From a virus (lineage: Duplodnaviria; Caudoviricetes): a DNA stretch of 27,735 bases. Location of the stretch: positions 1-27,735 of IMG/VR virus record IMGVR_UViG_3300044513_003361. One strand, written 5' to 3'. The notes beneath the pieces are model-generated. The model saw only the letters and a program-made list of their open reading frames with translations, searched no databases and was not told the DNA's origin. The translations under genes and the position numbers were made by a program. Positions 14,901 to 24,300 of the stretch are shown here, piece after piece (positions within the stretch are counted from its first letter, which is position 1; every line of letters starts with the position of its first letter).

Positions 14901-17900
14901 TACAAGAACCTGGAGTAGCATTCACAGTAAATGGCAGTACAATTACTTTTGCTGCTCCTCCTCTTGGAGAAAAAATTGTAGAGGGTCAAAAAGTACCACA
15001 ACAAAAGTTCTTAGGTAAGGTATTCTCATTTAGATCTGATACAGAAAATAAAAAGGTACTCAAGAAAGTAAAAAATATCTATCAAAGAAATGGTAGATGG
15101 TTAGATGCAGCTAATCAAATTAGATTGAATCTAGACTTTATTGTTCTAGAAACTATTGGATGGTTCGAAAATCAGTATTCATCTGTAATTACTAACAATA
15201 CCATTCCATGGAATATCTTAGAACCAAGATTCAAGGATGATATTAGACTTATTCTTCAAGCAGTAGAACATGATGTTCGTTTTGGTGGAAATGCTAAATC
15301 GGTTGATTACGCAAAGGGATATGCTGATTCGTACAGTGGATATGAAACATATGTAAAAGCAGCATTTGATTACGCAGTAAGACTTGCCAAATTTGCTACT
15401 CTTAACTGGGACTGGACTACAACTGGAGCTTCATTTACTGCTGGCAGTAATCTACTAACAGTTCCAGATACAAGCAGAGTTCCTTTAGGTGCTGCAATTA
15501 GTGCTGGTAAGGCAATTCCTCTTGCAAATAACGTTATTGTCGAAGAAATTATTTCCGACACACAAATTAAGATGTCTGCAACTGCGTTGTTTGATAGTGG
15601 CACTCAACCAGCAGGATCTGCTGGTCCAGGATTTACTCCATATTCTGGTACACAAACTGTCAATGTAACCAGTCCAACATCTTCTGCTGGGGTAGTTCCT
15701 CCAAACACCTATTCTGTAGGACCAGGAACCACACTTACTGTTCCTCCAATCTTTACTGTATTAGATCAAGTAACGTTCACTTTATCAGGTATTAACAACG
15801 GAACTTACTATGATGCATCTAATACTATTAACAGTAATAGAGAATTTATTACAGATTATGCAGTTAACTGGGCAAAAGTAACATATCCTCTAATTAACTG
15901 GACATCTAAAGAAACAAAATGCAGAAGAGATATTGGATTCTTATTAGATGCAGTTATCAAGCATCTTCGTTTTGGTGGTAATAGTGACTTAGTTGAATTT
16001 GCGGAGTTGTACTTTATTGGAAGTCAGTTGCAATATGTCAACAACCAATTAACAGAAACTCTTGCTACTTTTAGAAAGGTAATTGTCGAGCTTTGCGTTC
16101 AGGCAATGAGGCAAACACTTTCTGGTGGTGGATTTACTAATATCACTCCAGTTATTGATAACGGAATTATTAATGACGCAAACAGTCCAACATGTGCTGA
16201 TGTAGAATCCACATTGAATACTTATTATGATATTATCGATACTATTTTTAATACTGGTCCGAATGTAATTCAACCAACTAGTCTGAATCCAAGCAGACAG
16301 GGTAAGTTTGTAACTCTAACTCCTGTTACGAATTACAATATCATTCCTGATCCACAGTTAATTTTTGGAGAATGTGAAGATGTTATTTCTTCTATTTCTT
16401 CTCTTGGATCCAATATTCAAGATTCTATTGATGGCACATCTGTCACAAGAACTACTCCAGATTATATTGATGGGGAAACTAAAGTATTTGATCTTTTCTG
16501 GGAAGATGGCACCGACGTTATCCTAGAAGGACCAGAGGATGATTTGTTCGTTTCATTGAACGGTGTTCTTCAGAGGAACCAGTTTGCGCCAGATGATCCC
16601 GCATTTGATGCATATTATATTGATAGATCAAAAATACCTAACCAAATCGTATTTGATTCCCCACCAATCTGGGATCAAGACTTCTCGGCACTTACAATTG
16701 GCGAAGCAACTTCAGTGGAGAAATTCTTTGCTTATAATGTCGGATCTTATAAGAGATACACTACAGATAAAACAAGAGTCGAAGATGAAGGTTCTTCATC
16801 TCTTGGTCCATTCCTGATTGTTTCTGTAGAAGATAATAAAGTAGTCAATATTGATGAAGAAAAATTCTTGGTTGTTCTCGTAAATGGAGTAATTCAAGAG
16901 TATGACTCTGCCTATACAATCAGTGGTCCTGCTATTACGTTCAAATATCCTCTAAGAAAAGAGGATGTTGTTGATATGAGACTGCTTTATGGTAAAGATT
17001 ATGAAAAAATTGTAACATTCTATGATCATGAACCAGGAAGTTACTTAATTGAAAAGACTTTATTAGTTGAAGATCCATCAAGAGCGGTACATGAAGGGTT
17101 TAATGCTTGGTGGAATTCAAAGAAACCAGTTCCATCTACTTATAGTAATGTCTATGTTTATCAACAAAGAACCGATGGGACACAAAATCCAATTGGTAAG
17201 TTAGTAAACTATTGGCATAAATCTGGATATTTCTATGTCAATCTAAGATCTAATAATAATATACTAGAATCGGAAGAGCTATCATTTGGAGTAATTCAAA
17301 GTCCAAATGGACCAGTATTTAAGGTAAATCCATTAGTAAATCCATTTTCTCTAACGACTGAAAATGTTGATTCAACTGGAACCGTTAGACTCTATAGAGA
17401 ATCGCAAACATGGTATAAGGGGGACGTTGGAAAAACTAAGGATGCTCTGAAGAAAAAGGGATTCTTTAAAATTTCACCAGGGGATAAGGTAAAGATCGAT
17501 GGTGAAAGTGAATTCAGAACCATCAAGAAAGTCCCAGATGCTGTATATGCAAAAGAATATAGAACTAATTTTGATGTAACAAGTGATCACTATGGATCAT
17601 ACACAGTAACTCCATATAATGGAATTACTAAGGGAGAAGGTCTAAGTGTCGTTGCTGTCATTAACAATGGTGAAGTAGTCGATCTTGTTTGGAATCAAAA
17701 GGTTGTCGATTTTAGTGATCCAAATAGACCAAGAGTTGCAGAAGCAACTGCATATCAATATTACACAAATCCAATCCTAGAATTTGTGCCTAGAGATGGA
17801 AATGGCGGTGGCGCTAGAGCAGAAGTTATTGTAAAAGATGGTCATGTAATTTCTGTTGAACTTTTACAGGGAGGAAGTGGATATACTACCGAACCAAAAG

Positions 17901-19351
17901 TTGTTGTTACTAGAAGATATAAACTTGTTCGTGAAAATGAAATTGAAACAAATGTAATTAAAGTTGGTGTTAATAAGGTACTAAAACAGGATCTTCTTAT
18001 CACTAGTACAATTGATAGTATTTCTCTACCACCTCCAGGTCTTGCTTTAATCAGTAGTATTGTTCTGAAATCACCATCAACTGTCCAAGATGAAATAGAA
18101 AATCATGTTTGGCCAGATAAAGAAGATGTTGATATGCCAACTGGTGCAGATCAACCTGGCATTCAAACTCGTATTAGATCTACAGATAGAGTTACACCAG
18201 TAGATGTAGGTAAAAAGAGAATTACGAAGCAACTTACTTCAATTATACCAACTGCTTCTATCAATGTTCTCTCTACTTCTACCCTTGTTTCTAACAGAGA
18301 AATTACTACATCATTCACAAGAGAACTTGATAATACCAGAATCAATAATATTACAAACCGCGTTCCTGGTGCATTCTTGCAGATCGATCTTAATATCGGT
18401 GATACTATTGTATATGTTGCAGATACCACCAAATTTAGCAGTAATGGTAAGATTCTTGTTGGTAATGAACTTATTTACTATCCACGTAAGTACGACGATC
18501 GTTTCCTCTTCGCAAGTAGAGGAGTTGATGGAACACAAGAACAATTCTGGGCAGCTGGTACTTATGTACGACAGGTAGAAGATTATGTATCTGTTGTTCC
18601 TGGTGGAATTAATGTAATCAGTAGTATTAGTTCTACTGCTGGTCCTACAGCACAACCAGGAGCTGAAATCTTCAGATCTACAAGTTCTGGATCTGGAGTA
18701 GGATTAGAACCATTTGCTATTGTAACATTTGAAACAACTTCAACTGAATTACTAATATTCACTCCACCATCTGGTTTAATTGATTATTTCCAAGAAGATA
18801 TCCTTTGGACCAATCCAGTTGTAACTAGAAATAGTGGAAGTGTATTTTTAACATCTAAAACGGTCACACAAAGAAGTGGAACTATAATTGATGTCAAAAA
18901 TGCCGACAAGAATATTGAGTTCCAAGGAACTTATAAAGTTGGCAATTTAGGATTTAACCTCGGTGATTGGAACGCGAATATTGATGATGGTGCTGCAAAC
19001 GTATCTGGATGGTCTATTCAACAATTTGATAGGTATTTTGCAGACGTTAGCATTAGAGATTTCGAAGATAGGGCAGATTCAAACTTTACTAGATCTGGCA
19101 TTAGATGGAATATTGCAAATCCATCCTTCCAGAATCCAGTTGCAATTGTACAGTCAACAGGATCTGTTGTTCCAACAGTAACAGTACAAAGTACAAGTTA
19201 TTTCCCATCTAGTGGATATCTATTCACATCTGCTGGATCGGTAATTCAATACACCAGCACTACCGCAACTACTTTTGAAGGATGTACTGTTATTAGAGGA
19301 GGAAGTATCGTCACCAATGGCGATGAGATCATCCCACACGAACTTTCCTAA
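8948..19351 (+). CDS. gp7: giant gp7-like baseplate wedge protein, 3467 aa, with YHYH-like, beta-repeat and phycobiliprotein-like helical modules
   Basis: between gp6 and gp8; ISTLIESQLPEFI, IKNIRKFYKAKGT and DSFFYQDYSYVIKS..W...HPAG gp7-type motifs. Confidence 0.85.
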   Translation: MSVKKKSISTLIESQLPEFISSEYELFSKFVTKYYEQQELQGQPLDVLSNLQTYADIDYYEKNILKQNSILSSDVGVSDTTITVDDATSFPEENGYIQIGNEICFYKERTNTQFLEVSRGVSGNTKLGDLYSASNFTSTEAAFHSSGTSVNNISNLFLYALVKSFEAQYLGAFPEKYLKGQVDKRTLIKNIRKFYKAKGTDASVRFIFNTLVAGGEENTPTLYNPKDFTYKSSESDWVKGYALKAKILSGNPNDLIGKIITQPSSGNISFASATVDNVRFDSNVDGEAIYNIFLAEETINGEFSITSKTELTKQIDSSAGLGDFIDVFSTLGWAKSGNLLIGGETFTFDEKNITQFRIKTRQNNSVHPVGTEVYEPIRLFGAGVELLSFGLIYNLEVSDGQPNSFTGDSVEIGLPGFTTADSKIVNPSTNSVRWKFSSNTQISTPGYPSIQQSLANLSTDVSAIFEDEQYYYIASSGFPSYPILDGASSIPTNVKDQRLLKLIRKEAIRSTEIYETPKTDVGILVNGTRVYGYKDSSSVEFGRLENVKVLSQGSRYRIPPNVLVDGVPGKAIAKLAGEFLESVELTGVSLYPRVPTVEITSGRNAVVRAIVTLGKVTSLVIDNAGEYYSAPPDIIIRDRLGRGRFAEYTALIEAGKIVGFEVVSEGEFYTQSEIEVEVLPIGSGARAEAELKTWVKNRYEALKNKLDNENGYLFPNYNGELENGYGHVGNPKALRIALNDNLSSTLTEPQVKTHSPVLGFAYDGNPIYGPFAHENPLDASSPIVRMTSSYIQKTTRLEGPSTVTYPLGTFIDDFEYRHRSGSLDENNGRFCVTPDFPEGTYAYFLTIDSSQTPVYPYIIGKNYYSLPVDSNYNSNLSQQDLPLDSRRFNLPGTPVNGGNVIAQIKDIKSGSIDEIEVISSSDNFSVGSSLVFDNTGTNGFGAEGSVSILKGKNVNFLESQQTKATRLEIVRPAYLFVGDTLSQPATGASGEIVGDVSNDNTVVLRDVQGTFDTTNTFSASIKVLSLLLNKPSSYTAGSIVKLTDGFVAEVAYGEVLETTSESNIVIVKVLTSVDYNGDGTLETPTGTAPFYFENEDDLPNHYLQSNSLSDTSGTGIITITPLSDGLEPFKVDQNVALIETTDNHGVGLDDIVNVSINPDDSTTTTTYFVRKRIYQNLKLATPTIKTAVNYNGVGRLLTVNVGWDYTTGSYTNIPLTGGSGTGATANIVVNSDGYVSDVQITDGGSGYKREDVLSVDDASLQRSGASNSTQRVKLLVDHVGVSNESTKIVLDDATKFVEDDLIKLDNEIIKIVSISGNTVTVERGQNGTKAVDHYDNAAVSLYNGRYNFNANFVINGCESTTYDPETQMLYIIYPSSTNISTLQPVTDLFSFFDNSTPQRFVDIIEATDPVNKFEFRKNGTTEYLTNPVIEVQEYYKYKFDTSDSSLSGTYLDFSPSKNFNVIPVEKVQSVPLPGNPNAFIDLKFGFGARTAANNYTEKQATEFSNYYYFDKNEICDSEGSYLSVIKDPLTGRKVVNYVTSNRFCYSLEKFPQWDGGGSITYTTNSAFAVGEIFEIAITNIGDNYQKTPIVSGIYPSVENLAEATVLFDDYTKTITGVRVDKTGANYSNPKVVIIDGDGRDAKFDIVSRNGNILDIRVKNRGKGYTFAPTIAVVEGDVKVFAKGANIGIPKNVSIIRNGASFHKDKTLYSNYTSSYTFALKDYPNNAFKQGELITQKINGTEVARGYIAIGGWREGSNLLKVSRVTGTFRENFDIQSARSGNTAKITNIFVTTFSPVIKSTYDNQGYYTSDRGRIGNSNQKITDSFFYQDYSYVIKSRTPINVWRDLIKSTTHPAGMKLFGEVTIDATANTEMPVESPKASHFTVLELGLDASIVSENTRRVVTQSVQKIEDYRAKNGTGSVSVQEYNFSDIVATRIKLGANFDGEFNNDGQLVGTKTFQLLDADTNVTVTPYNEQSLIITIDGVLQEPGVAFTVNGSTITFAAPPLGEKIVEGQKVPQQKFLGKVFSFRSDTENKKVLKKVKNIYQRNGRWLDAANQIRLNLDFIVLETIGWFENQYSSVITNNTIPWNILEPRFKDDIRLILQAVEHDVRFGGNAKSVDYAKGYADSYSGYETYVKAAFDYAVRLAKFATLNWDWTTTGASFTAGSNLLTVPDTSRVPLGAAISAGKAIPLANNVIVEEIISDTQIKMSATALFDSGTQPAGSAGPGFTPYSGTQTVNVTSPTSSAGVVPPNTYSVGPGTTLTVPPIFTVLDQVTFTLSGINNGTYYDASNTINSNREFITDYAVNWAKVTYPLINWTSKETKCRRDIGFLLDAVIKHLRFGGNSDLVEFAELYFIGSQLQYVNNQLTETLATFRKVIVELCVQAMRQTLSGGGFTNITPVIDNGIINDANSPTCADVESTLNTYYDIIDTIFNTGPNVIQPTSLNPSRQGKFVTLTPVTNYNIIPDPQLIFGECEDVISSISSLGSNIQDSIDGTSVTRTTPDYIDGETKVFDLFWEDGTDVILEGPEDDLFVSLNGVLQRNQFAPDDPAFDAYYIDRSKIPNQIVFDSPPIWDQDFSALTIGEATSVEKFFAYNVGSYKRYTTDKTRVEDEGSSSLGPFLIVSVEDNKVVNIDEEKFLVVLVNGVIQEYDSAYTISGPAITFKYPLRKEDVVDMRLLYGKDYEKIVTFYDHEPGSYLIEKTLLVEDPSRAVHEGFNAWWNSKKPVPSTYSNVYVYQQRTDGTQNPIGKLVNYWHKSGYFYVNLRSNNNILESEELSFGVIQSPNGPVFKVNPLVNPFSLTTENVDSTGTVRLYRESQTWYKGDVGKTKDALKKKGFFKISPGDKVKIDGESEFRTIKKVPDAVYAKEYRTNFDVTSDHYGSYTVTPYNGITKGEGLSVVAVINNGEVVDLVWNQKVVDFSDPNRPRVAEATAYQYYTNPILEFVPRDGNGGGARAEVIVKDGHVISVELLQGGSGYTTEPKVVVTRRYKLVRENEIETNVIKVGVNKVLKQDLLITSTIDSISLPPPGLALISSIVLKSPSTVQDEIENHVWPDKEDVDMPTGADQPGIQTRIRSTDRVTPVDVGKKRITKQLTSIIPTASINVLSTSTLVSNREITTSFTRELDNTRINNITNRVPGAFLQIDLNIGDTIVYVADTTKFSSNGKILVGNELIYYPRKYDDRFLFASRGVDGTQEQFWAAGTYVRQVEDYVSVVPGGINVISSISSTAGPTAQPGAEIFRSTSSGSGVGLEPFAIVTFETTSTELLIFTPPSGLIDYFQEDILWTNPVVTRNSGSVFLTSKTVTQRSGTIIDVKNADKNIEFQGTYKVGNLGFNLGDWNANIDDGAANVSGWSIQQFDRYFADVSIRDFEDRADSNFTRSGIRWNIANPSFQNPVAIVQSTGSVVPTVTVQSTSYFPSSGYLFTSAGSVIQYTSTTATTFEGCTVIRGGSIVTNGDEIIPHELS

Positions 19352-19372
19352 ATAACCACATAAATATAAATA
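19347..19372 (+). promoter_or_regulatory. cluster of three late-promoter boxes
   Basis: CCTAAATA 19347-19354, CATAAATA 19359-19366, TATAAATA 19365-19372. Confidence 0.8.
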
Positions 19373-19409
19373 ACTCAGGCACAAATTACTACGTCGGAAC
19401 GGAAAACCA

Positions 19410-21206
19410 ATGGCTGCTATTATCTCTGATAAGTTTAGAATTTTTAACGCGAAGCAATTTCTTGAGTCGCTTACTGAAAATCCAAGTACGAACATGTACT
19501 TTTTTGTTGGGCGTCCTCAACCATGGTCTGGATACCTAGAGACATATTCAATTTCTGGCGGAACTTTTACCGCAGGAAATGAAGTTTATGTTGGTGCAAG
19601 TTACGGCACTGCTACATTTAGAGCAACCATCTCTGCAGTTTATTCCGACGCTGTATTAGTAACTGCAGTCTTTGGTTCTAACGGTGTAAATTCTGTTCCT
19701 GGTGCCCTAGGAACAACTCTAAAAGAATACGACGGTGCCGCTGATACTGGAGTTACTGCTAAGTCTGGTATCTATCGTTATGGTACAGAAAATGAACCAC
19801 CCCTTCCACTAGATAACCAGGAAGAAAAGTATGATGTTTATGACGACATCATTGCTGCAAAAAGAATCACCGATGAATATGCCCGTGCTGTTGTAAGACG
19901 TTACAACTGGGACCTTTCAGCAAATCCAAAATTTGATATGTGGAAACCAGACTATTCAGCAACTCCTGCTGGTGGTGGTCAGATTGGTAAAGCAACTGCT
20001 ACTGGTGCCACGAGCATTGCAGATGCTAAATTCTATGTAATGAACAGCAACTACGAAGTATTTAAGTGTCTTTATAATGGCGAGAATCCTTCAAACCCTG
20101 CTGGACAAAATGCAACGCAAGAACCACTAACAACTTCTGGTAATTACAGCAACGGTGTCTTCAGAGAATCTCAAGGTGCTGGGTATGTTTGGAAGTACAT
20201 GTACACCCTACCAACTGATGACGTACTACGCTTCCTCTCTTCGGACTTCTTACCAGTTGTTCTACCAACCAACGCATCAAGAATCGCAACAGAGGCAGCT
20301 GCAGTAGATGGTGCTATTGATGTTGTAGTCGTCAAAGATGCTGGAACGGGTCTTCCCGCTGCACAGACTCTATATACTGCTGTTCGTGGAGACGGCAGTG
20401 GTGGTGTAGTTGAAGTTGTTGTTAATGCTGGTGGAAACATCGATAGTGCTAGTGTTGTTATTCCTGGAAGTGGTTATTCTTACGCTTCAATCTCAGTTGC
20501 TGATGGCAACCTCTACGGCGATCAAGGACTTTCAAATGGTGTTGCATCACCAAATGCAGTCGCTTCAATTGAACCAATCATTCCTCCAAAAGGTGGTCAT
20601 GGTGCTGATATGGAGTTGGAACTCAATGCTAAGCGTGTCATGACAAATATTCGTTTGACATACGCAGAAGGTTCTGGAGACTTCCCCGTAGATAACGACT
20701 TCCGCAGAATCGGTATTATCAAAGATCCTATTGACGCCAATTCTCTTGCAGTTGCCAGTGATAACACACTTTCAGGTTTATACTCAATTAAGATTTCTGG
20801 AACTGGCGGAACAGATTACATCGCTGATGAAATTATCTCTCAGAGTGTTGCTGGTGGTCTTAAATCAGCGTTGGGTACTGTAGTTTCTTGGACTCTAGAT
20901 CCTGCATCAAACACTGACGGAATCCTCAAGTATTATCAAAGACCAGCTCAACATACTGATGCCGATGGCAAAGTTTATCCATTTGAAGCGAATGGTTCCG
21001 CTACTGTCATTGGCGCACAATCAGCAGCTGCTGGTTCTCCCGATACCACAAATAATGCTATTGTGGAAGGTGTACAACTAACAAACGGTCTAGCATCACC
21101 AGAAATTGCTAATAACACTGGCGATATCATCTATGTTGAGAACAGAAGACTAATCACTCGTGCTCCTGACCAGATTGAAGATATCAAACTTGTTATCGAA
21201 TTCTGA
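19410..21206 (+). CDS. gp8: baseplate wedge subunit gp8
   Basis: MAAIISDKFRIFNAKQF..YFFVGRPQPW..VFKCLYNG..GYVWKYMYT..NDFRRIGII..ENRRLITRAPDQIEDIKLVIEF. Confidence 0.93.
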   Translation: MAAIISDKFRIFNAKQFLESLTENPSTNMYFFVGRPQPWSGYLETYSISGGTFTAGNEVYVGASYGTATFRATISAVYSDAVLVTAVFGSNGVNSVPGALGTTLKEYDGAADTGVTAKSGIYRYGTENEPPLPLDNQEEKYDVYDDIIAAKRITDEYARAVVRRYNWDLSANPKFDMWKPDYSATPAGGGQIGKATATGATSIADAKFYVMNSNYEVFKCLYNGENPSNPAGQNATQEPLTTSGNYSNGVFRESQGAGYVWKYMYTLPTDDVLRFLSSDFLPVVLPTNASRIATEAAAVDGAIDVVVVKDAGTGLPAAQTLYTAVRGDGSGGVVEVVVNAGGNIDSASVVIPGSGYSYASISVADGNLYGDQGLSNGVASPNAVASIEPIIPPKGGHGADMELELNAKRVMTNIRLTYAEGSGDFPVDNDFRRIGIIKDPIDANSLAVASDNTLSGLYSIKISGTGGTDYIADEIISQSVAGGLKSALGTVVSWTLDPASNTDGILKYYQRPAQHTDADGKVYPFEANGSATVIGAQSAAAGSPDTTNNAIVEGVQLTNGLASPEIANNTGDIIYVENRRLITRAPDQIEDIKLVIEF

Positions 21207-21223
21207 TTTAATTACATACTTTC

Positions 21224-21254
21224 AAATCCCCCGAGAGATCGGGGGATTTTTTTT
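21224..21254 (+). terminator. intrinsic terminator
   Basis: AAATCCCCCGA-GAGA-TCGGGGGATTT perfect 11-bp stem, GNRA loop, T8 run. Confidence 0.92.
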
Positions 21255-21260
21255 AACTCT

Positions 21261-21268
21261 ACTAAATA
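21261..21268 (+). promoter_or_regulatory. late promoter variant
   Basis: ACTAAATA just after the terminator; SD GGAG at 21295-21298. Confidence 0.65.
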
Positions 21269-21302
21269 CTAGGGACTAGATACTAGTATTTGGCGGAGTA
21301 CG

Positions 21303-24300
21303 ATGCCTCAGAAGACGAACCTTAATGTAAATCCTTATTACGAGGACTTTGACGCGAATAAGAATTTTTATAAAGTTTTATTCCGTCCTGGATACTCGAT
21401 TCAAGGCAGAGAGCTAACACAACTTCAATCTATTCTACAAAATCAGATTGAGAGTTTTGGTAAGTATTCTTTCAAACAGGGAGAATTAGTGATCCCTGGG
21501 GAGGTAGGACTTAACAATAAACTTGATTACGTTAAGTTGTCTTCTGTTTCTGAAGTTGCTGTCAATGACGGTCTTGGTAATATTGTCTACAAGAAATATG
21601 ACATTTCCCAGTTGCATGGAAGACAACTGAGAGGTTTGACATCTGGTGTTATCGGAAATGTAGTATCTTCAAAAAATGCTACAGAAACAAATGCAGACAC
21701 TTTGTTTGTCATTTATACTACTAGTGGTAACGCTAATAACGAGACTACTTTTAGACAAGGTGAAACTCTAGAAGTTATTGATGGTGTAAACACCCCCTTA
21801 ATGGTAGTCGGAACAGATGGATCTGTACTGCCTACTGCAATTACTGTTGTTGATCCAGATACTGGTGCAGAATCATCTGTTATAAGTCCAGCAATGGGCT
21901 TTTGCTCCGCTGTTAAAGTACAAGAAGGCATTTACTTTGTAAATGGATATTTTGTTCGTAACGATGATGAGCTTTTAGTAATTGATCCATATTACAATGC
22001 TCCCAGTGCCAAAGTAGGATTTTTAGTAACAGAAGATATTGTTACTCCAGAAGAAGATGAATCACTATATGATAATGCAATTGGTTCTTCCAATTACACA
22101 GCACCTGGAGCGCATCGTTTAAAGATTTCTCTTACTTTGAAAAAGTATGAGTTATCTACACAGACAGATAAGAATTTTATTCAACTCCTCAGAGTAAAAA
22201 GAGGAGTCATAGAGAAAAAAGTAGTACAAGCAGACTATTCGCTCCTAGAGCAGACCCTGGCAAGAAGGACTTATGACGAGTCTGGTGATTATGTTGTAGA
22301 TAATTTCTCTATTGATATTAGAGAATATGCACAGAAAGAAGGAAACAATGGTGTATATGCCGTTGATTCCGAAGGAAATTACAATGGACTAAGCGAACAA
22401 GAAGCATCAGAAAAAATGATCGCTAATGTTGGACCTGGAAAGGCTTACATTAGAGGTTATGAAATTGTTAATAAAGAAACTAAAACTATTGAAGTTAGTA
22501 AGGCTAGAGAAACTCTTGACAGTGATAACATCACAATCAAAACTAGAGGTCTTCCAACTTACTCTGTAAGTAATGTTTCTGGATCTATTCCCCTAAATTC
22601 AGAGGGTTCTGACTTAACTTCATATCCTGATGTTGAACTTTATAATATCTACAATGATGCTTTGTTAGGTCAAAATCTTGATTTCGTCTCTGGACAAAGA
22701 TTTACTGAAGATGCAGATGAAAGAGTATTCAGTATCAATCGTAGAGGATCTCTATTTACAGATTCGGATGCTATCAAAACAGTAACAGTAGAAATCAGCC
22801 AGCAGGATCTGGTTTTGAAAATGAATCCAGCAAATAATGCTGCTCCCACTATTGTATTTACAGATATCTGCGATTCAAATGGAAATCTTTATGCTGTCGC
22901 AACAAGAGCATCTGGATTACCAGAATCTTATAACTCTTTCAAAGTAATTGGTTTTAGTATTGTTACCAGACCAGATGCAAGCCCTGGAGATCAAGCAAAA
23001 AGATTTGCAGAAATTACTTTGCTTGGTAATAAAGCAGAATTAAGTGCTCTAATAGAATATGATGCTGAAGATGATGGAGAAAGAAGATTTCTTTTCTTAG
23101 GCACTTCAACTGGTGCTGGTCAAGGACCTGTTGACTCATTTACAAAAACTAATGGCACTATTCTTGCAGGTCAGTCTTCACAAACTTATAGTGATGTTAC
23201 TGGTGTAAGTTCAGCAAATGGTGTTGGTGCTAAGTTTAATGTTGAAAGAGATGGCACTGGCGCGATTGCCACAGTAACTCTTTCTGATGCAGGCACTGGA
23301 TATACCCCAACAGAGACTATCACAATTCTTGGTAGTAGTATTGGTGGAGTAGATACTACTGATGATATTGTAATAACTGTTGCTAGTATTGTACCCGTTG
23401 AAAAACTTGGATATATTGTTGATTACAATGAATCTGTAACTCCATTAATTGGAACAACAAAACCAAGCAATTTTACTCTCAAGAGAAAAGGTTTTGGATT
23501 CAATCCAGATACAGATGTTGTTGTATCTAAAGGCACTTTATCTAGTGGAGAAAAGGCATATAATAGCGTATTTGGATTATCTTATTTTGGTCCATCATTC
23601 TTTACTAAAATTACATTAGAAGAACAACCATCAACAGGATTTGGTCCTGGAGATTACATTATCGGTTCTACCAGTGGAGCTTATGGTGTTGTAGAAGGAA
23701 CGAGTCAGTCTTCTTTCAGCAGTTCTGGGATCTTAATGGTTCGTACTTTGTCTGGTAAATTCAGGTCAGGTGAAGTATTGAAGGACGAAAATGATAATGC
23801 TGCTAAGATTGCTAGAGACAATACAATCTCCCACTTCGTAACTAAGTATAGAGGTACTGGAGGATATCCTCAGGAAACAGATATTAAAATCAATGGTCAG
23901 ACTTTTGATACGTCGAAAGTAACTGTCACTACTGATACTGGAGGCATTGGTTATGTTACTTACGTTAAGATTAGAGATAGAGCAGCATTCAATCAAACAT
24001 ATTCACAACCACCAGTAGTTACAGTTACTGCTGGCATAAGTAACATTGCTCTTGCGGCAAGAGTTGACGCAATCTTATTCAGAGATACAGTTGTAACGTA
24101 TAGTCCACAAGATGTCAAATCTTTTGGTGCTGCATTTGGTTCGCTTGGTGTCAATAAGTTTACTGCGGACGTGGAGAGTAATGATACAACTTATGCAAAC
24201 CTTGTATCTGTAACAGAATTTACTTTCTCTGGAAAGAAAGGATTTAAGTTCCTTGAGTGTAATGGATTTGGTGGAGATGCCACCCAATTCCTGAAGCAAG

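Noticed and set aside
8948-19351. Intein or diversity-generating retroelement explaining the size of gp7
   Set aside because: No intein splice or LAGLIDADG motifs noticed, no reverse transcriptase, and no nucleotide-level template/variable repeat pair seen; the size is explained by structural repeats
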